From: Sedimentisphaerales bacterium
Lineage (GTDB): Bacteria; Planctomycetota; Phycisphaerae; Sedimentisphaerales; SM23-30
NCBI GenBank assembly: GCA_963663965.2
Contig: CAXXFK010000001.1
Location: 320,001 to 384,000, forward strand
Direction of reading: 5' to 3'
DNA length: 64,000 nucleotides
The translations under genes and the position numbers were made by a program. The notes beneath the pieces are model-generated. The model was not told where the DNA came from. It searched no databases and saw only the letters and a program-made list of their open reading frames with translations. Below are positions 31,939-42,573 of the stretch, one piece after another (positions within the stretch are counted from its first letter, which is position 1; the number at the start of each line of letters is the position of its first letter).

Positions 31939-33759
31939 ATGTCTGCTAAAACCCATCAATATACTGAAGATAAAATCAAGTCCCTGTCCTCGCTGGAACA
32001 TATCCGCTTACGAACCGGCATGTACATCGGCCGCACCGGCAGCGGCGCCCACTATGATGACGGCATTTATATCCTGCTTAAAGAGGTCATTGACAATGCC
32101 GTGGATGAATTCATTATGGGCCATGGCAAACAGGTGGATATCACCATCAAAGATAATCGCGTCTCGATACGCGACTATGGACGTGGGATCCCGCTGGGTA
32201 AGGTCGTCGATTGTGTTTCCCGCATCAATACCGGCGCCAAATACAATGATGATGTTTTTCAATTCAGCGTGGGACTCAACGGCGTGGGCACCAAAGCCGT
32301 CAACGCACTCTCAACCGAATTTATGGTGCGCAGTCATCGCGACGGCAAATTCGCCCAGGCTGAATTTGAATACGGTAAACTGGTTCGCGAAACCACTGGC
32401 AATACTGGCGAAACCAACGGAACCTTTGTCCAGTTCGTTCCTGATAAATCGATCTTCGATAATTTCAAATTCCAGGAAGAACACATCGAACGGCGCTTAC
32501 GGTTCTATTCCTATCTCTCGGCCGGATTACGGTTCAATTATAATGGCCGCACCTTTCAATCCACCGGCGGCATTCTTGACCTGATCGAAGATGAAACCTC
32601 CTTCGAAAAACTCTATACCCCGCTCCATTTCAAAGACGCCACCTTGGAGTTCGCCTTCACACACACCAACCGTTTCAACGAAGAATATTATTCCTTCGTC
32701 AACGGTCAGTATACCAACGATGGCGGCACGCATCTCAGCGCGTTTCGGGAAGGGATCCTGCGTGGCATCAACGATTTTGGCAAAAACAAATTCACCGGTG
32801 ACGATGTCCGCGAAGGCATGCTGGGGGCGATTGCCATCCGCATCAAAGACCCCATGTTCGAAAGCCAGACCAAAAACAAACTGGGCAATACCGAAATCCG
32901 GTCAGAAATCGTCACCCGCGTCCAGGAGGCGGTGCTGGTTCTGCTGCATAGCCACAAGCAGCAGGCCGAACGACTGCTGGAAAAAATCCAGGAAACCCAG
33001 AAATTCCGCCAGGAACTTCAGACCGTCAAGAAACTCGCGCGCGAACGCTCACGCGCCATCTCCATTCGCGTGCCCCAGTTGCGCGATTGCAAAAACCATT
33101 ACAAACATAAATCCGGCCAGCATGACAATACCATGATCTTCATTACCGAAGGCCAGTCCGCCGCCGGTTCACTGGTCAGTTGTCGCGATGTCAATACCCA
33201 GGCCATCTACACGCTCAAAGGTAAACCCCTCAATGTCTGGGACTTGAAACAGGATGCCCTGTATAAAAACGAGGAAATCTTCAACCTGATGAAAAGTCTG
33301 GATATCGAAGATTCTATCGATCGGCTCCGCTACAATCATGTCGTATTAGCCACAGACGCCGATGTCGACGGCCTCCATATCCGCAACCTGATGATCACCT
33401 TTTTCATGCGTTTCTTTTCCGACCTGGTCGCGCGCGGCCACCTCAAGATCCTCGAAACCCCGCTGTTCCGGGTTCGTAACAAAAAAGACACACTCTACTG
33501 CTATTCCGAAGCGCAACGTGATAACGCGCTCAAAAAGCTGGGCCGCGGTTGTGAAGTCACCCGCTTTAAAGGTCTGGGCGAAATCTCTCCCGGCGAATTC
33601 AAAGCCTTTATCGGCAAAAATATGCGGCTGTCTCCCGTAACCATCACCGGTGAACATTCCATCTCCGAAACGCTCGCGTTTTACATGGGCAAAAATACCC
33701 AGCAGCGACGCGACTACATCATGAACAACCTGGTAATCGATGAAGAAATCATGCAATGA
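31939..33759 (+). CDS. parE: Type IIA topoisomerase subunit B (short, topoisomerase IV-type)
   Basis: EHIRLRTGMYIG, EVIDNAVDE, GLNGVG, ITEGQSA, DADVDGLHI and TRFKGLGE motifs; 606 aa with no GyrB insert. Confidence 0.85.
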   Translation: MSAKTHQYTEDKIKSLSSLEHIRLRTGMYIGRTGSGAHYDDGIYILLKEVIDNAVDEFIMGHGKQVDITIKDNRVSIRDYGRGIPLGKVVDCVSRINTGAKYNDDVFQFSVGLNGVGTKAVNALSTEFMVRSHRDGKFAQAEFEYGKLVRETTGNTGETNGTFVQFVPDKSIFDNFKFQEEHIERRLRFYSYLSAGLRFNYNGRTFQSTGGILDLIEDETSFEKLYTPLHFKDATLEFAFTHTNRFNEEYYSFVNGQYTNDGGTHLSAFREGILRGINDFGKNKFTGDDVREGMLGAIAIRIKDPMFESQTKNKLGNTEIRSEIVTRVQEAVLVLLHSHKQQAERLLEKIQETQKFRQELQTVKKLARERSRAISIRVPQLRDCKNHYKHKSGQHDNTMIFITEGQSAAGSLVSCRDVNTQAIYTLKGKPLNVWDLKQDALYKNEEIFNLMKSLDIEDSIDRLRYNHVVLATDADVDGLHIRNLMITFFMRFFSDLVARGHLKILETPLFRVRNKKDTLYCYSEAQRDNALKKLGRGCEVTRFKGLGEISPGEFKAFIGKNMRLSPVTITGEHSISETLAFYMGKNTQQRRDYIMNNLVIDEEIMQ

Positions 33760-35834
33760 GTTCAAAAACTACCCATTCAGATAATACCGACAGCAATCCC
33801 AATAAGACCGACGACCTCACCAATTCGGATGATATGCCGCTGTTTGACCAGGTTCCTGATGATCATATCCCGGTCCATGAACGCCATGGCCCGCTGACCG
33901 ATATGGTCGATTTCAACTTTCTGCAATATGCCTCGTACGTTATCTGCGAGCGGGCCATTCCCAATCTGACCGACGGTCTGAAACCCGTGCAGCGCCGCAT
34001 CCTGCATGCCCTGCATGAAAAGGATGATGGCCGCTTTATCAAGGTCGCCAATGTGGTGGGCCATACCATGCAATACCATCCCCATGGCGACGCCTCGATC
34101 GGCGACGCCCTGGTCACGCTCGCCAACAAGCAATATCTGATCGAAAGCCAGGGCAATTTCGGCAATATCTATACCGGCGACCGGGCCGCCGCGCCCCGTT
34201 ATATCGAATGCCGCCTGACGGATCTGGCCCGAAACGAATTATTCAATCCCGAACTGACCAAAACCATTCCCAGCTACGATGGCCGTGGTCGCGAACCGGT
34301 CACCCTGCCATCCAAATTGCCGCTCCTGCTCATGCTGGGCGCAGAAGGAATCGCAGTTGGATTATCCACCAGCATTCTTCCGCATAACTTTATCGAATTG
34401 CTGGAAGCGGAAATTCTGATCATTCAGGAAAAGAAAAGAAATTCCGCCAAACTGGAGATTCTGCCCGACTTCCAGACCGGCGGCTTGATGGATGTCAGCG
34501 AGTACAACAACGGCTCCGGCAAAATCAAATTACGCGCTCGCATCAAAAAGCAGGATACAGATAAACTGCTCATCACCGAATTGCCTTATGCCCAGACCAC
34601 TGAATCGATAGTCGCCTCCATTGAAGAGGCCATCAAGAAAAAAAAGGTGCCCATCCGCGCCATCAATGACTATACCGCCGAGAAAGTCGAAATCGAACTG
34701 GTCCTCGCTCCCGACGCCAAACCCGAAAAGGTCATCCAGAAACTGTACGCCTTTACCCGCTGCGAAACCTCCGTTTCCAGCCGGATTATTGTGATTCATA
34801 ATCGCCGTCCGCGCGAAATGACCGTCGAGCAGGTCTTGCGCGAAAATGTCCGCCAGCTCCTGTCGCTGCTTCAAAGCGAACTGCAACTCAAAAAGAAAAA
34901 ACTGCTCGAAGAAGTCCATACCAAAACTCTGATTCAGATCTTCGTCGAAAACCGGATCTATAAGAAAATCGAAGAATGCAAAACCTTCCCAGCCGTCATC
35001 GCGGCGATCGAACAGGGCCTGGCCCCGTTCCGCCCCCTACTCACCCGCGACATTACCAGAAAAGATATCGAAATGCTGCTGGGCGTCCGTATCAAACGGA
35101 TCTCCCGCTTCGATATCGATAAAAACCGCAAGGATATCGAGGCCATCCTCAAGGAACTGGCCCAGGTCGAAAAAAATCTTGAGGACCTGAAAGGGTATAC
35201 CGTTCGATACCTGCGGTCTTTAATCAAGCAATACAAAGACCAGTTCCCGCGCCGTACCCGGATTGAAACTTTCAAGGCCCCCGATGTCCGCCAGCTCACC
35301 GCTAATGAACTGGCCATCAACCTCGATAATGAAAAAGGATTCCTCGGCCATGCGGTCAAAGGCGATCCCATCCTGCAATGCTCATCGCTGGACAAACTGC
35401 TGATTCTCAAAAAAGATGGCAGTTTCGTGGTCATGCCACCGCCGGAAACCTGTTTCGTTGATGATAAGCTCCTCTGGTGCGGTGTCTATCATCGCGATCT
35501 GACCTTTACCGCAGTCTATCTTCACTGGGGGGTTACCTATATCAAACGGTTCCCCATTGGCGGCGTGATTATGAATACCGATTACCGCTTTATCCCCGAT
35601 CAGGCAAAACTTTTACTATGTTGTCCCGATACTCCCGATGCGCTCTACGTCAAGTACCAGCCGGCCCCCAGGCAACGGATCATCCAGCAAACGTTTAAAC
35701 CCAAACAAGTGCCTGTTAAACCGGTTAAAAACAAGGGTATTCAGATGACCTCCAAGGATATCGCCCACATCGATATCAAACCCGGCCGCTGGTGGGACAA
35801 CAATCTCCAATCCCCGCCCGGCAAAATCGGCTAG
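33756..35834 (+). CDS. parC: Type IIA topoisomerase subunit A (topoisomerase IV-type)
   Basis: DGLKPVQRRIL, YHPHGD and AAPRYIE (catalytic Tyr). Short CTD with no GyrA-box seen. ATGA overlap with parE. Confidence 0.85.
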   Translation: MSSKTTHSDNTDSNPNKTDDLTNSDDMPLFDQVPDDHIPVHERHGPLTDMVDFNFLQYASYVICERAIPNLTDGLKPVQRRILHALHEKDDGRFIKVANVVGHTMQYHPHGDASIGDALVTLANKQYLIESQGNFGNIYTGDRAAAPRYIECRLTDLARNELFNPELTKTIPSYDGRGREPVTLPSKLPLLLMLGAEGIAVGLSTSILPHNFIELLEAEILIIQEKKRNSAKLEILPDFQTGGLMDVSEYNNGSGKIKLRARIKKQDTDKLLITELPYAQTTESIVASIEEAIKKKKVPIRAINDYTAEKVEIELVLAPDAKPEKVIQKLYAFTRCETSVSSRIIVIHNRRPREMTVEQVLRENVRQLLSLLQSELQLKKKKLLEEVHTKTLIQIFVENRIYKKIEECKTFPAVIAAIEQGLAPFRPLLTRDITRKDIEMLLGVRIKRISRFDIDKNRKDIEAILKELAQVEKNLEDLKGYTVRYLRSLIKQYKDQFPRRTRIETFKAPDVRQLTANELAINLDNEKGFLGHAVKGDPILQCSSLDKLLILKKDGSFVVMPPPETCFVDDKLLWCGVYHRDLTFTAVYLHWGVTYIKRFPIGGVIMNTDYRFIPDQAKLLLCCPDTPDALYVKYQPAPRQRIIQQTFKPKQVPVKPVKNKGIQMTSKDIAHIDIKPGRWWDNNLQSPPGKIG

Positions 35835-36291
35835 TCCACCCATCAAAATCTGTAACATACCGTTCTCTATTTTTCTTATACACAGTGTTTATTATTTTGT
35901 TGACAGCAATCTGGAGCGCCCAGTTCCAACCTTGATTTTCCAGACCAATTTATGACAATGTGATTTAAATATCTATTTATTCTGTACTTATATCTTATAT
36001 AACCTTGAACCAAATAATTATGTAACACATTAAGCCTTGGCCGAACCGTTACCAATTGAAATATAGTTTTTAGAAAAATTCAGAATTTAAGTCTTGGCAA
36101 CCTGTCGGATTAATGTGAAAATAGCCGTTTTGATACACTCTTAAAGATCATTTACGGAATTATTTCAAGCATTGAGCAATAACGGTTTTTTCAATCCGTT
36201 TGAATAGTGTCAACATTTAGCGTTACTTGCGCTAATTTCTACTCAAGTATAAACCTGAAACATTTCTAACCTGTCTAATCTCACGGAGGTT

Positions 36292-38787
36292 ATGATGACT
36301 AAACACAACGAGGAACTTTTAAAACCAACCGGTGTCTCCAGGCGCGGCTTTCTGAAAACCGTCCTGTATACATCGCCCATCCTGTTTTTTGATACCGATG
36401 GCCTGTTCGCCCAGGGTATCAAACCGCTTTATAAACCCAAACTGGTTCCCAAAGGCCAGAAAATCAGAGTCGCCCAGATTGGTGTTTTCAACCGCGGTGA
36501 TCAAGTCTTCAAGACCTTCAAAAACCACGAAGGCAGTCAATTGGAATTCAAGGCCTTTGCCGATGTGGCCTTTACCACGCCCGATTACCGCATGAAAGGC
36601 TATCCCAACATCCCCTGTTACCGTGATTACCGCCAGATGTTCGAAGAAATGCACGATCAAATCGACGCGGTTATTATCGCCACGCCGGATTTCAGCCATT
36701 TCCCCATGGTTATGCACGCCATGCTCCTCGGCAAGCATGTCTATGTTGAAAAACCCCTCGGCCAGAACGTCTACGAAAACCGCCTCCTGCAGAAAACCGC
36801 TGCCGCCTGCGGCGTTGTAACTCAGATGGGTAACCAGGGTCATTCCGATCCCGGTACGTTCCAGTTTGCCGAATGGGTCAAGGCCGGCGTGATCAAAGAC
36901 GTTACCCGAGTCGATTCCTGGATGGCCAACAGCCGCCGCTGGCATGGCTGGACCTACAAAGAATATCCCGAAACCACCCCCGAACCCGGTTATGACTGGG
37001 ATCAATGGCTTGGTCGCCGCCCGTTCCGTCCCCACAGTCCCCAGTTAATTGATGGCAACTGGCGTTGCTGGTACGAGTTCGGATGCGGCGCCATGGGGGA
37101 CTGGGGCGCGCATGTTCTTGACGCGATCCATCGCTATCTCAAACTCGGCCAGCCCTATGAAATCAGTACCGAACTCATGGGCCCCAGTGATCTGATTTAT
37201 CCGCAGGGATCAGTCATCACCTTCAAATTCAAAGCCCGTGAAGGCATGCCCCCGCTCGAACTGAAATGGTACGATGGCAAAGACAATGTCCCCAAGGTCT
37301 CATCCGATCTGGGTGTTAATCTGGGCGGCGTTGGTTCGCTGACCTATACCCAGGACTACGCCGTTCTGGGGCGCAGCCATGGCGCGCTCTATCAGGTCGT
37401 TTCCAAATCGAAAGAAACGGCCCTCAAAAACGCCGGTAAACTGCCCGACGCACCCAGGAAAGGCTCCGACCATTACAAAAACTTCCTCAACGCCTGCCAG
37501 GGTATCGAACCGGCCAATTCTTCGTTCGATGTTTCTGCTTCTCTGGCGGAACTGCTCTGTCTGGGATGTATCGGCCAGCGCTTCGGCGGTACCTTGCAAT
37601 ATGACGCCCAGGCCATGAAGATTACCAACAATCCCAAAGCCGACGCCATGCTCAAAGGCCCCAAAGTACGCGCAGGCTGGGATACCTATGACCGCAGCCA
37701 ACCGGCAAAATCCAAAAAATCACAGATCCTTGTGCCCGAAAAAACCCAGTGGGAAGATCTGTTCAAAGATCCATCGCTCAGCAACTGGGTCAACCCCTAT
37801 GATTACGGTGAAGCCAAATATGTCAACGGCGAAGTCCACCTTTCATCCGACAAAGGCAAATGGTTTTTGCTCACCAAGAAGGATTATACCAACTTCGTCT
37901 TCGAAGCCGAAATCCAGATGCCGGTCAACGCCGGTAACTCCGGATTCCTGTTCCGCTGTCTGTCAGCCAAAAACCGTGCCTGGGGCTATCAGGCAGAAGT
38001 CGATACGGCTGACCGCAAATGGTCGGGCGGACTCTATGACGAAGGACGCCGGATGTGGTTTGTTTCGCCCAACCGTGACAAGGCGCCCAGCGAAGAAGCC
38101 AAAAATAAATCCATTGCCGAGTTCCGTGAACGCGCCGGCGAATGCTTCAAGCAGGGCGAGTGGAACAAATACCGGATCGTCTGTATCGGCGCTCATATCC
38201 AGATCTACGTCAATGGCGTCCTGACGACCGATACCATGGATGAATGGGACATCAGCGGCCCGATCGGTATCCAGCACCATGGCGAAAAAGGCCTGGTCTA
38301 CAAATTCCGCAACCTGCGGATCAAGGACCTGGGCGCCGGTGGTGAAATCTACTATCCCCACCGTGAAGATGCCGCCAAACAGGCCGCGCAAAAAGCCGAA
38401 CAGGAAGGCCCCAAACTGAGCGGTGAAATCTATCAGGCCGAAGATTCCAAAATGCAGGGTTGTACCGTCGCCACCAATCACACTGGTTACACCGGTACCG
38501 GATTTGTCGATTTCGGCGATGCCGGCACCTCCATCGAATGGACCAATATCCGCGCCGAAAAGACCGGTGAATTCACCCTCACCTTCCGCTATGGCGCCAC
38601 CAATAACCGGCCCTGCGACCTGTTTGTCAACGGCAAGAAAGTTACCCAACTGGCATTCAAATCAACCGGCGAGTGGACCAAATGGAGTACGGTTGATGCC
38701 AAAGTATCACTCCAAAACGGCATGAACTCCGTCAAACTGGTTGCCGTTGGAGCCGGCCCCAATATCGATGCCATGGCGCTGAACTAA
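36292..38787 (+). CDS. Tat-exported Gfo/Idh/MocA oxidoreductase fused to DUF1080 (3-keto-glycoside hydrolase-like) and a CBM6/CBM35-like domain
   Basis: SRRGFLK; ATPDFSH, HVYVEKP, QMGNQ and GDWGAH (Gfo/Idh/MocA); WEDLF..NSG..GYQAEV..EWNKYRI..GPIGIQHH..FRNLRIK (DUF1080); YQAED..GYTGTGFVDF..GPNID (CBM). Confidence 0.88.
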   Translation: MMTKHNEELLKPTGVSRRGFLKTVLYTSPILFFDTDGLFAQGIKPLYKPKLVPKGQKIRVAQIGVFNRGDQVFKTFKNHEGSQLEFKAFADVAFTTPDYRMKGYPNIPCYRDYRQMFEEMHDQIDAVIIATPDFSHFPMVMHAMLLGKHVYVEKPLGQNVYENRLLQKTAAACGVVTQMGNQGHSDPGTFQFAEWVKAGVIKDVTRVDSWMANSRRWHGWTYKEYPETTPEPGYDWDQWLGRRPFRPHSPQLIDGNWRCWYEFGCGAMGDWGAHVLDAIHRYLKLGQPYEISTELMGPSDLIYPQGSVITFKFKAREGMPPLELKWYDGKDNVPKVSSDLGVNLGGVGSLTYTQDYAVLGRSHGALYQVVSKSKETALKNAGKLPDAPRKGSDHYKNFLNACQGIEPANSSFDVSASLAELLCLGCIGQRFGGTLQYDAQAMKITNNPKADAMLKGPKVRAGWDTYDRSQPAKSKKSQILVPEKTQWEDLFKDPSLSNWVNPYDYGEAKYVNGEVHLSSDKGKWFLLTKKDYTNFVFEAEIQMPVNAGNSGFLFRCLSAKNRAWGYQAEVDTADRKWSGGLYDEGRRMWFVSPNRDKAPSEEAKNKSIAEFRERAGECFKQGEWNKYRIVCIGAHIQIYVNGVLTTDTMDEWDISGPIGIQHHGEKGLVYKFRNLRIKDLGAGGEIYYPHREDAAKQAAQKAEQEGPKLSGEIYQAEDSKMQGCTVATNHTGYTGTGFVDFGDAGTSIEWTNIRAEKTGEFTLTFRYGATNNRPCDLFVNGKKVTQLAFKSTGEWTKWSTVDAKVSLQNGMNSVKLVAVGAGPNIDAMALN

Positions 38788-38831
38788 TCCGTTGGTTCAC
38801 TGCCATGCTTAAATATGATTTGCATTACAGC

Positions 38832-38869
38832 CCCGGACAGCCATCAGGAGTCCGGGGTTTCTTCTTTTT
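38832..38869 (+). terminator. Rho-independent terminator-like hairpin
   Basis: CCCCGGAC-N11-GTCCGGGG followed by TTTCTTCTTTTT. Confidence 0.6.
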
Positions 38870-38913
38870 AACTACTGTCTCAAATTTCAACGGCCAATCC
38901 GGGAGGTCTCCCC

Positions 38914-39912
38914 ATGAAACAGTCGTGGATTATAACTGCTTTGACATTCGGTCTCCTGCTCGCTAACACCTTTCTTGGTAATGCGGCCCAAATTGATCTG
39001 AAACCGTATGACAACCGGGTTGAAGTCCTGATCGACCAGAAACCCTTTACCACCTATCTATGGCAACTCGATCCCAACACTCCTTTGGTAGCGCCCGGCC
39101 GGAAATTCACCAAGCCGGTCCTCTTCCCGCTCTATTCGCCCTCCGGCGAAAAAATGGTGCGCAGCTATCCCTTCCAGCAAGCGCCCGGCGAAAGCGCCGA
39201 CCATCCCCATCACATGGGCGTCTATTTCACCGTTGATATTAACGATGACCATTTCTGGGGTAACAGTTCCGCTGACCTGCCCGCCATCCGCCATCAGAAG
39301 ATCAATCGCCTGGAACCCGGCAAAGACAAAGCCATACTCGCCACCCAATCATTATGGATCAACCATAACAACCACCCCATCATCGAAGAAAATCGAACCA
39401 TGACCTTTGGTGTCCTCTCACCTAGCCAATGGACTATTGACCTGGACATCACCCTGACGGCCCTGGATTCTCCCGTAACCATCGCAGATACCAAAGAGGG
39501 CATGCTCGCTATTCGCGTCGCCCCCTGGCTAAAGGAAAGCGCCGGCCAAGGCCAGTACCTGAATTCAGAAAACGCCCGCACTGAATCCAAAATCTGGGGC
39601 CGCCGCGCCCGCTGGGTCCAACTCCAGGCCCCCAAAGATCAGGAGACGCTCGGCCTGGTGATCTTCAACCACCCGGCCAGTACCAACTACCCCACCTTCT
39701 GGCACGCCCGCGCCTACGGCTGCTTCGCCGCCAATCCCATCGGCCAGAGCATCTTCCAGCAGACCCTCAATCAGCCCAACCCCCAGAAACTCAATCTGAC
39801 CCTCCAACCCAATCAGCCCGTTCCCTTCCGCCACCGCATTCTTGTCTACGAATCCTCCCTGACTCCGCAGCAGGTCGAGGCACTCTTCAAAACCTATGCC
39901 CGGATCCCCTGA
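38914..39912 (+). CDS. Secreted DUF6807 ('PmoA-family') protein
   Basis: Signal peptide; KPVLFPL, DHPHHMG, DTKEG..IRV, WGRRARW and WHARAYG.FAANP motifs. Confidence 0.8.
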   Translation: MKQSWIITALTFGLLLANTFLGNAAQIDLKPYDNRVEVLIDQKPFTTYLWQLDPNTPLVAPGRKFTKPVLFPLYSPSGEKMVRSYPFQQAPGESADHPHHMGVYFTVDINDDHFWGNSSADLPAIRHQKINRLEPGKDKAILATQSLWINHNNHPIIEENRTMTFGVLSPSQWTIDLDITLTALDSPVTIADTKEGMLAIRVAPWLKESAGQGQYLNSENARTESKIWGRRARWVQLQAPKDQETLGLVIFNHPASTNYPTFWHARAYGCFAANPIGQSIFQQTLNQPNPQKLNLTLQPNQPVPFRHRILVYESSLTPQQVEALFKTYARIP

Positions 39913-40021
39913 TGTAAAACCAACTCAACCGATCTGACTGACTTATCGCCACTTAAAGACTAATTCCAATATTGCGAAAAGTTATTCCTCTCAACCGCAT
40001 TCTGACAGTATAATAGTCCCC

Positions 40022-41137
40022 ATGAAAAACAAATACGAACAATGGATGCGACAGGCGTTACGGCTGGCGGAAAAAGGTGCGGGTTTTGCCGCCCCCAATC
40101 CAATGGTGGGAGCCGTCATCGTGCGTGAAGATAAAATCATCGGCAAAGGCTATCACAAACGCTTCGGCGGCCCCCATGCCGAAATTGAAGCCCTCGCCGA
40201 TTGCCGTAAACACGGCAACGATCCAGCCGGCGCGACCATGCTGGTCACACTCGAACCCTGTTGCCATACCGGTAAAACCCCGCCCTGCACCGAAGCGATT
40301 GCCGCCGCTGGTATTGCCCGGGTTATCGTCGCCACTCAAGACGATTTCGCTCAGGTGGACGGCAAAGGCATCTCCTGGTTGCGCCAACACAATATAGAAG
40401 TCGAAGTCGGGATCTGCCAACCGGAAGCCCGCGCCCTCAATGCCGGATTCTTCAAATTACACAAAACCGGCATGCCCCGTGTCATTTTGAAATGGGCGCA
40501 GAGCCTTGACGGCCGGCTGGCCTGGCCACCCGGCCATGAACACCGCTGGTTCACCGCGGAACCCGCCCGCCACCATGTCCATCGGATCCGCGCCCGCTGC
40601 GGTGCGATTCTGGTTGGTAGCCAGACCGTTATTGATGACAATCCTCTGTTAACGGTTCGGCTTCCTGGATCGTCCCGCCATTTCCGCCCGTTACGCGTGA
40701 TCCTCGATGGCCGGCTCCGGGTCCCGCTCGATTGCAATCTGGTTACCACCATCGAGCAGGCCGGCGTCCTGATCTATACCAGCGAAGAATCCCTTCAACG
40801 ATACCCCGACAAAGTCATCGCGCTGCGTGAAATGGATTGCCAGGTCCAGGCCATTCCACTTATTGATGGCCAACTCGATCTGACAGCCGTCTTACAGGAT
40901 CTGGGCCAACGCGGAGTCGTCGACCTGATGGTCGAAGGGGGTGCCCGAGTCCATGCCGCCTTTTTACGCCACCGCCTGGCCGACCGGATCATGGCCTACC
41001 TGGCCGGTATTATCATCGGCGGCGAAGATACCCCCCAACTCATCTTCGATCCGCTCAGCTTGCGCCTGTTGAATATCCAGATCGAAACCTTCGGTGAAGA
41101 CATCATGATCGCCGGAGATATCCCGCCGGTTCAGTAA
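40022..41137 (+). CDS. ribD: Bifunctional riboflavin biosynthesis deaminase/reductase
   Basis: PNPMVGAV, HAE, TLEPCCHTGKTPPC, KWAQSLDG, DNPLLTVR and VEGG motifs. Confidence 0.95.
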   Translation: MKNKYEQWMRQALRLAEKGAGFAAPNPMVGAVIVREDKIIGKGYHKRFGGPHAEIEALADCRKHGNDPAGATMLVTLEPCCHTGKTPPCTEAIAAAGIARVIVATQDDFAQVDGKGISWLRQHNIEVEVGICQPEARALNAGFFKLHKTGMPRVILKWAQSLDGRLAWPPGHEHRWFTAEPARHHVHRIRARCGAILVGSQTVIDDNPLLTVRLPGSSRHFRPLRVILDGRLRVPLDCNLVTTIEQAGVLIYTSEESLQRYPDKVIALREMDCQVQAIPLIDGQLDLTAVLQDLGQRGVVDLMVEGGARVHAAFLRHRLADRIMAYLAGIIIGGEDTPQLIFDPLSLRLLNIQIETFGEDIMIAGDIPPVQ

Positions 41138-41461
41138 CCCAGACTATTAACCAACACCTCAATCTCCAGTCTGATCACGGTTGAAGTCATTACAATCGCT
41201 GCATTCCTTGTAACCGGTCTAATCCCGTCTGATATGACAATCCCTTCCTTCCTTTCATTTTAACTCGGCAATAAACATCATTTTTCCTTTCTCAGGTATT
41301 TACATTGGCCGCCAATAGAACCAAATTGCATAAATTATGGTAACGTCAACCATTAAGGCTCTAACAGATAAATCTTACATAAAAAGGGCGAATCATAACT
41401 GGAAGCCGATTGTTCTTCGGCCCCGGTTTGGTGCCGGTATCGCCGGATCAGGAGTAGAAAC

Positions 41462-42556
41462 TTGCGTCACCACAAAAATCGTATCCTCTACACTGCGTTA
41501 CTATGGATAATTCTTGGCGGCACAGTACCCCATCTGTGGGCAGAAAATTTTAAACTGTTCATCTCCGCCCATGATGCGTTTTCTGCCGGCGGCCGCCAAT
41601 TCAGTGGCGGCACCCTGGCCGAACTGGATATGGACCTTGGCCAGGCCGGTATCTTCCTGCAACCCGGCGCCCTGGGCCGGGATATCGATATCGACGCCGT
41701 TCATATTCTGGACAACGGCAATATTATCCTGTCCGGATTGACCCCCGGCCGCCTCGCCGGCGATCAGGTCTATCATCCGGGTGACCTGGTCGAATACGAT
41801 CCCTTGCGCGATCTCTCCGGTCTGTATCTGGACCATCGGATCCTGGGCAAAAATGTGAATATCGATGCCCTCAGTATCAACGAAAAAACCGGCGATCTCT
41901 ACCTGTCTTTCAAAGCACCCGGCACAATGACCGGCTTCACTTACGATAACGGCGATATTATTCGTTACAATCTCCGAACCCATAACGCCGATATCTACCT
42001 GCCGCAATCCGAATTTGACGGCCCGGTTGATATCGACGCGCTCTTCATCCGCGAAAACGGTAATGTCGTTTTCTCAACCGATGAACCCGGTTCCCTGCAA
42101 GGGATTACTTTCGGACCGGACCAACTGGTCGAATACGATCTCCAAAATAAACGCGCCTGGATCACCTACGATGGCGCCGATTCGCCCGGCGCCGATATCG
42201 ACTGCCTCCATATCGCCAGAGATGAACGGATTATCCTGCCCTACCATGGCAGCAGCGGAACGGACATTAAAGAAAATAATTCCGGCGGTTATGGCGCCGG
42301 TGGATCGATGTCTGTCCCCTTCGGATACCGTCAACCCAATTCAACCCTGCCGTCCCCAACGGGAATGAATAATACCGGCGGCGGAACAACCTACAACAAC
42401 CCACCCCGATACTATCCCGATCCTTCCACCCCCCAGATCAGCGAAGATCCCGGCCAACAGCCCGTCCCCGAACCCGGCACCCTGGCCCTGCTCGGATTAG
42501 GTGCCGGATGGTTCATCCGCCGTCGACAAAAACAGTTAAGAACGGAAAAAAGATAA
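41462..42556 (+). CDS. PEP-CTERM surface protein with internal DIDA-type repeats
   Basis: Signal peptide; four approx. 57-aa repeats (DIDAV/NIDAL/DIDAL/DIDCL); C-terminal VPEPGTLALLGLGAGWFIRRR. Confidence 0.88.
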   Translation: MRHHKNRILYTALLWIILGGTVPHLWAENFKLFISAHDAFSAGGRQFSGGTLAELDMDLGQAGIFLQPGALGRDIDIDAVHILDNGNIILSGLTPGRLAGDQVYHPGDLVEYDPLRDLSGLYLDHRILGKNVNIDALSINEKTGDLYLSFKAPGTMTGFTYDNGDIIRYNLRTHNADIYLPQSEFDGPVDIDALFIRENGNVVFSTDEPGSLQGITFGPDQLVEYDLQNKRAWITYDGADSPGADIDCLHIARDERIILPYHGSSGTDIKENNSGGYGAGGSMSVPFGYRQPNSTLPSPTGMNNTGGGTTYNNPPRYYPDPSTPQISEDPGQQPVPEPGTLALLGLGAGWFIRRRQKQLRTEKR

Positions 42557-42573
42557 ATCAACGATACCTGGGA

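Noticed and set aside
35850..35880. TGTAAC after parC as a third ECF promoter
   Set aside because: It lacks TTCAGG at the 15-nt spacing.
41380..41460. Possible riboswitch upstream of the PEP-CTERM gene
   Set aside because: Small hairpins are present, but I could not match c-di-GMP or other aptamer consensus elements; an Rfam/Infernal scan is needed.
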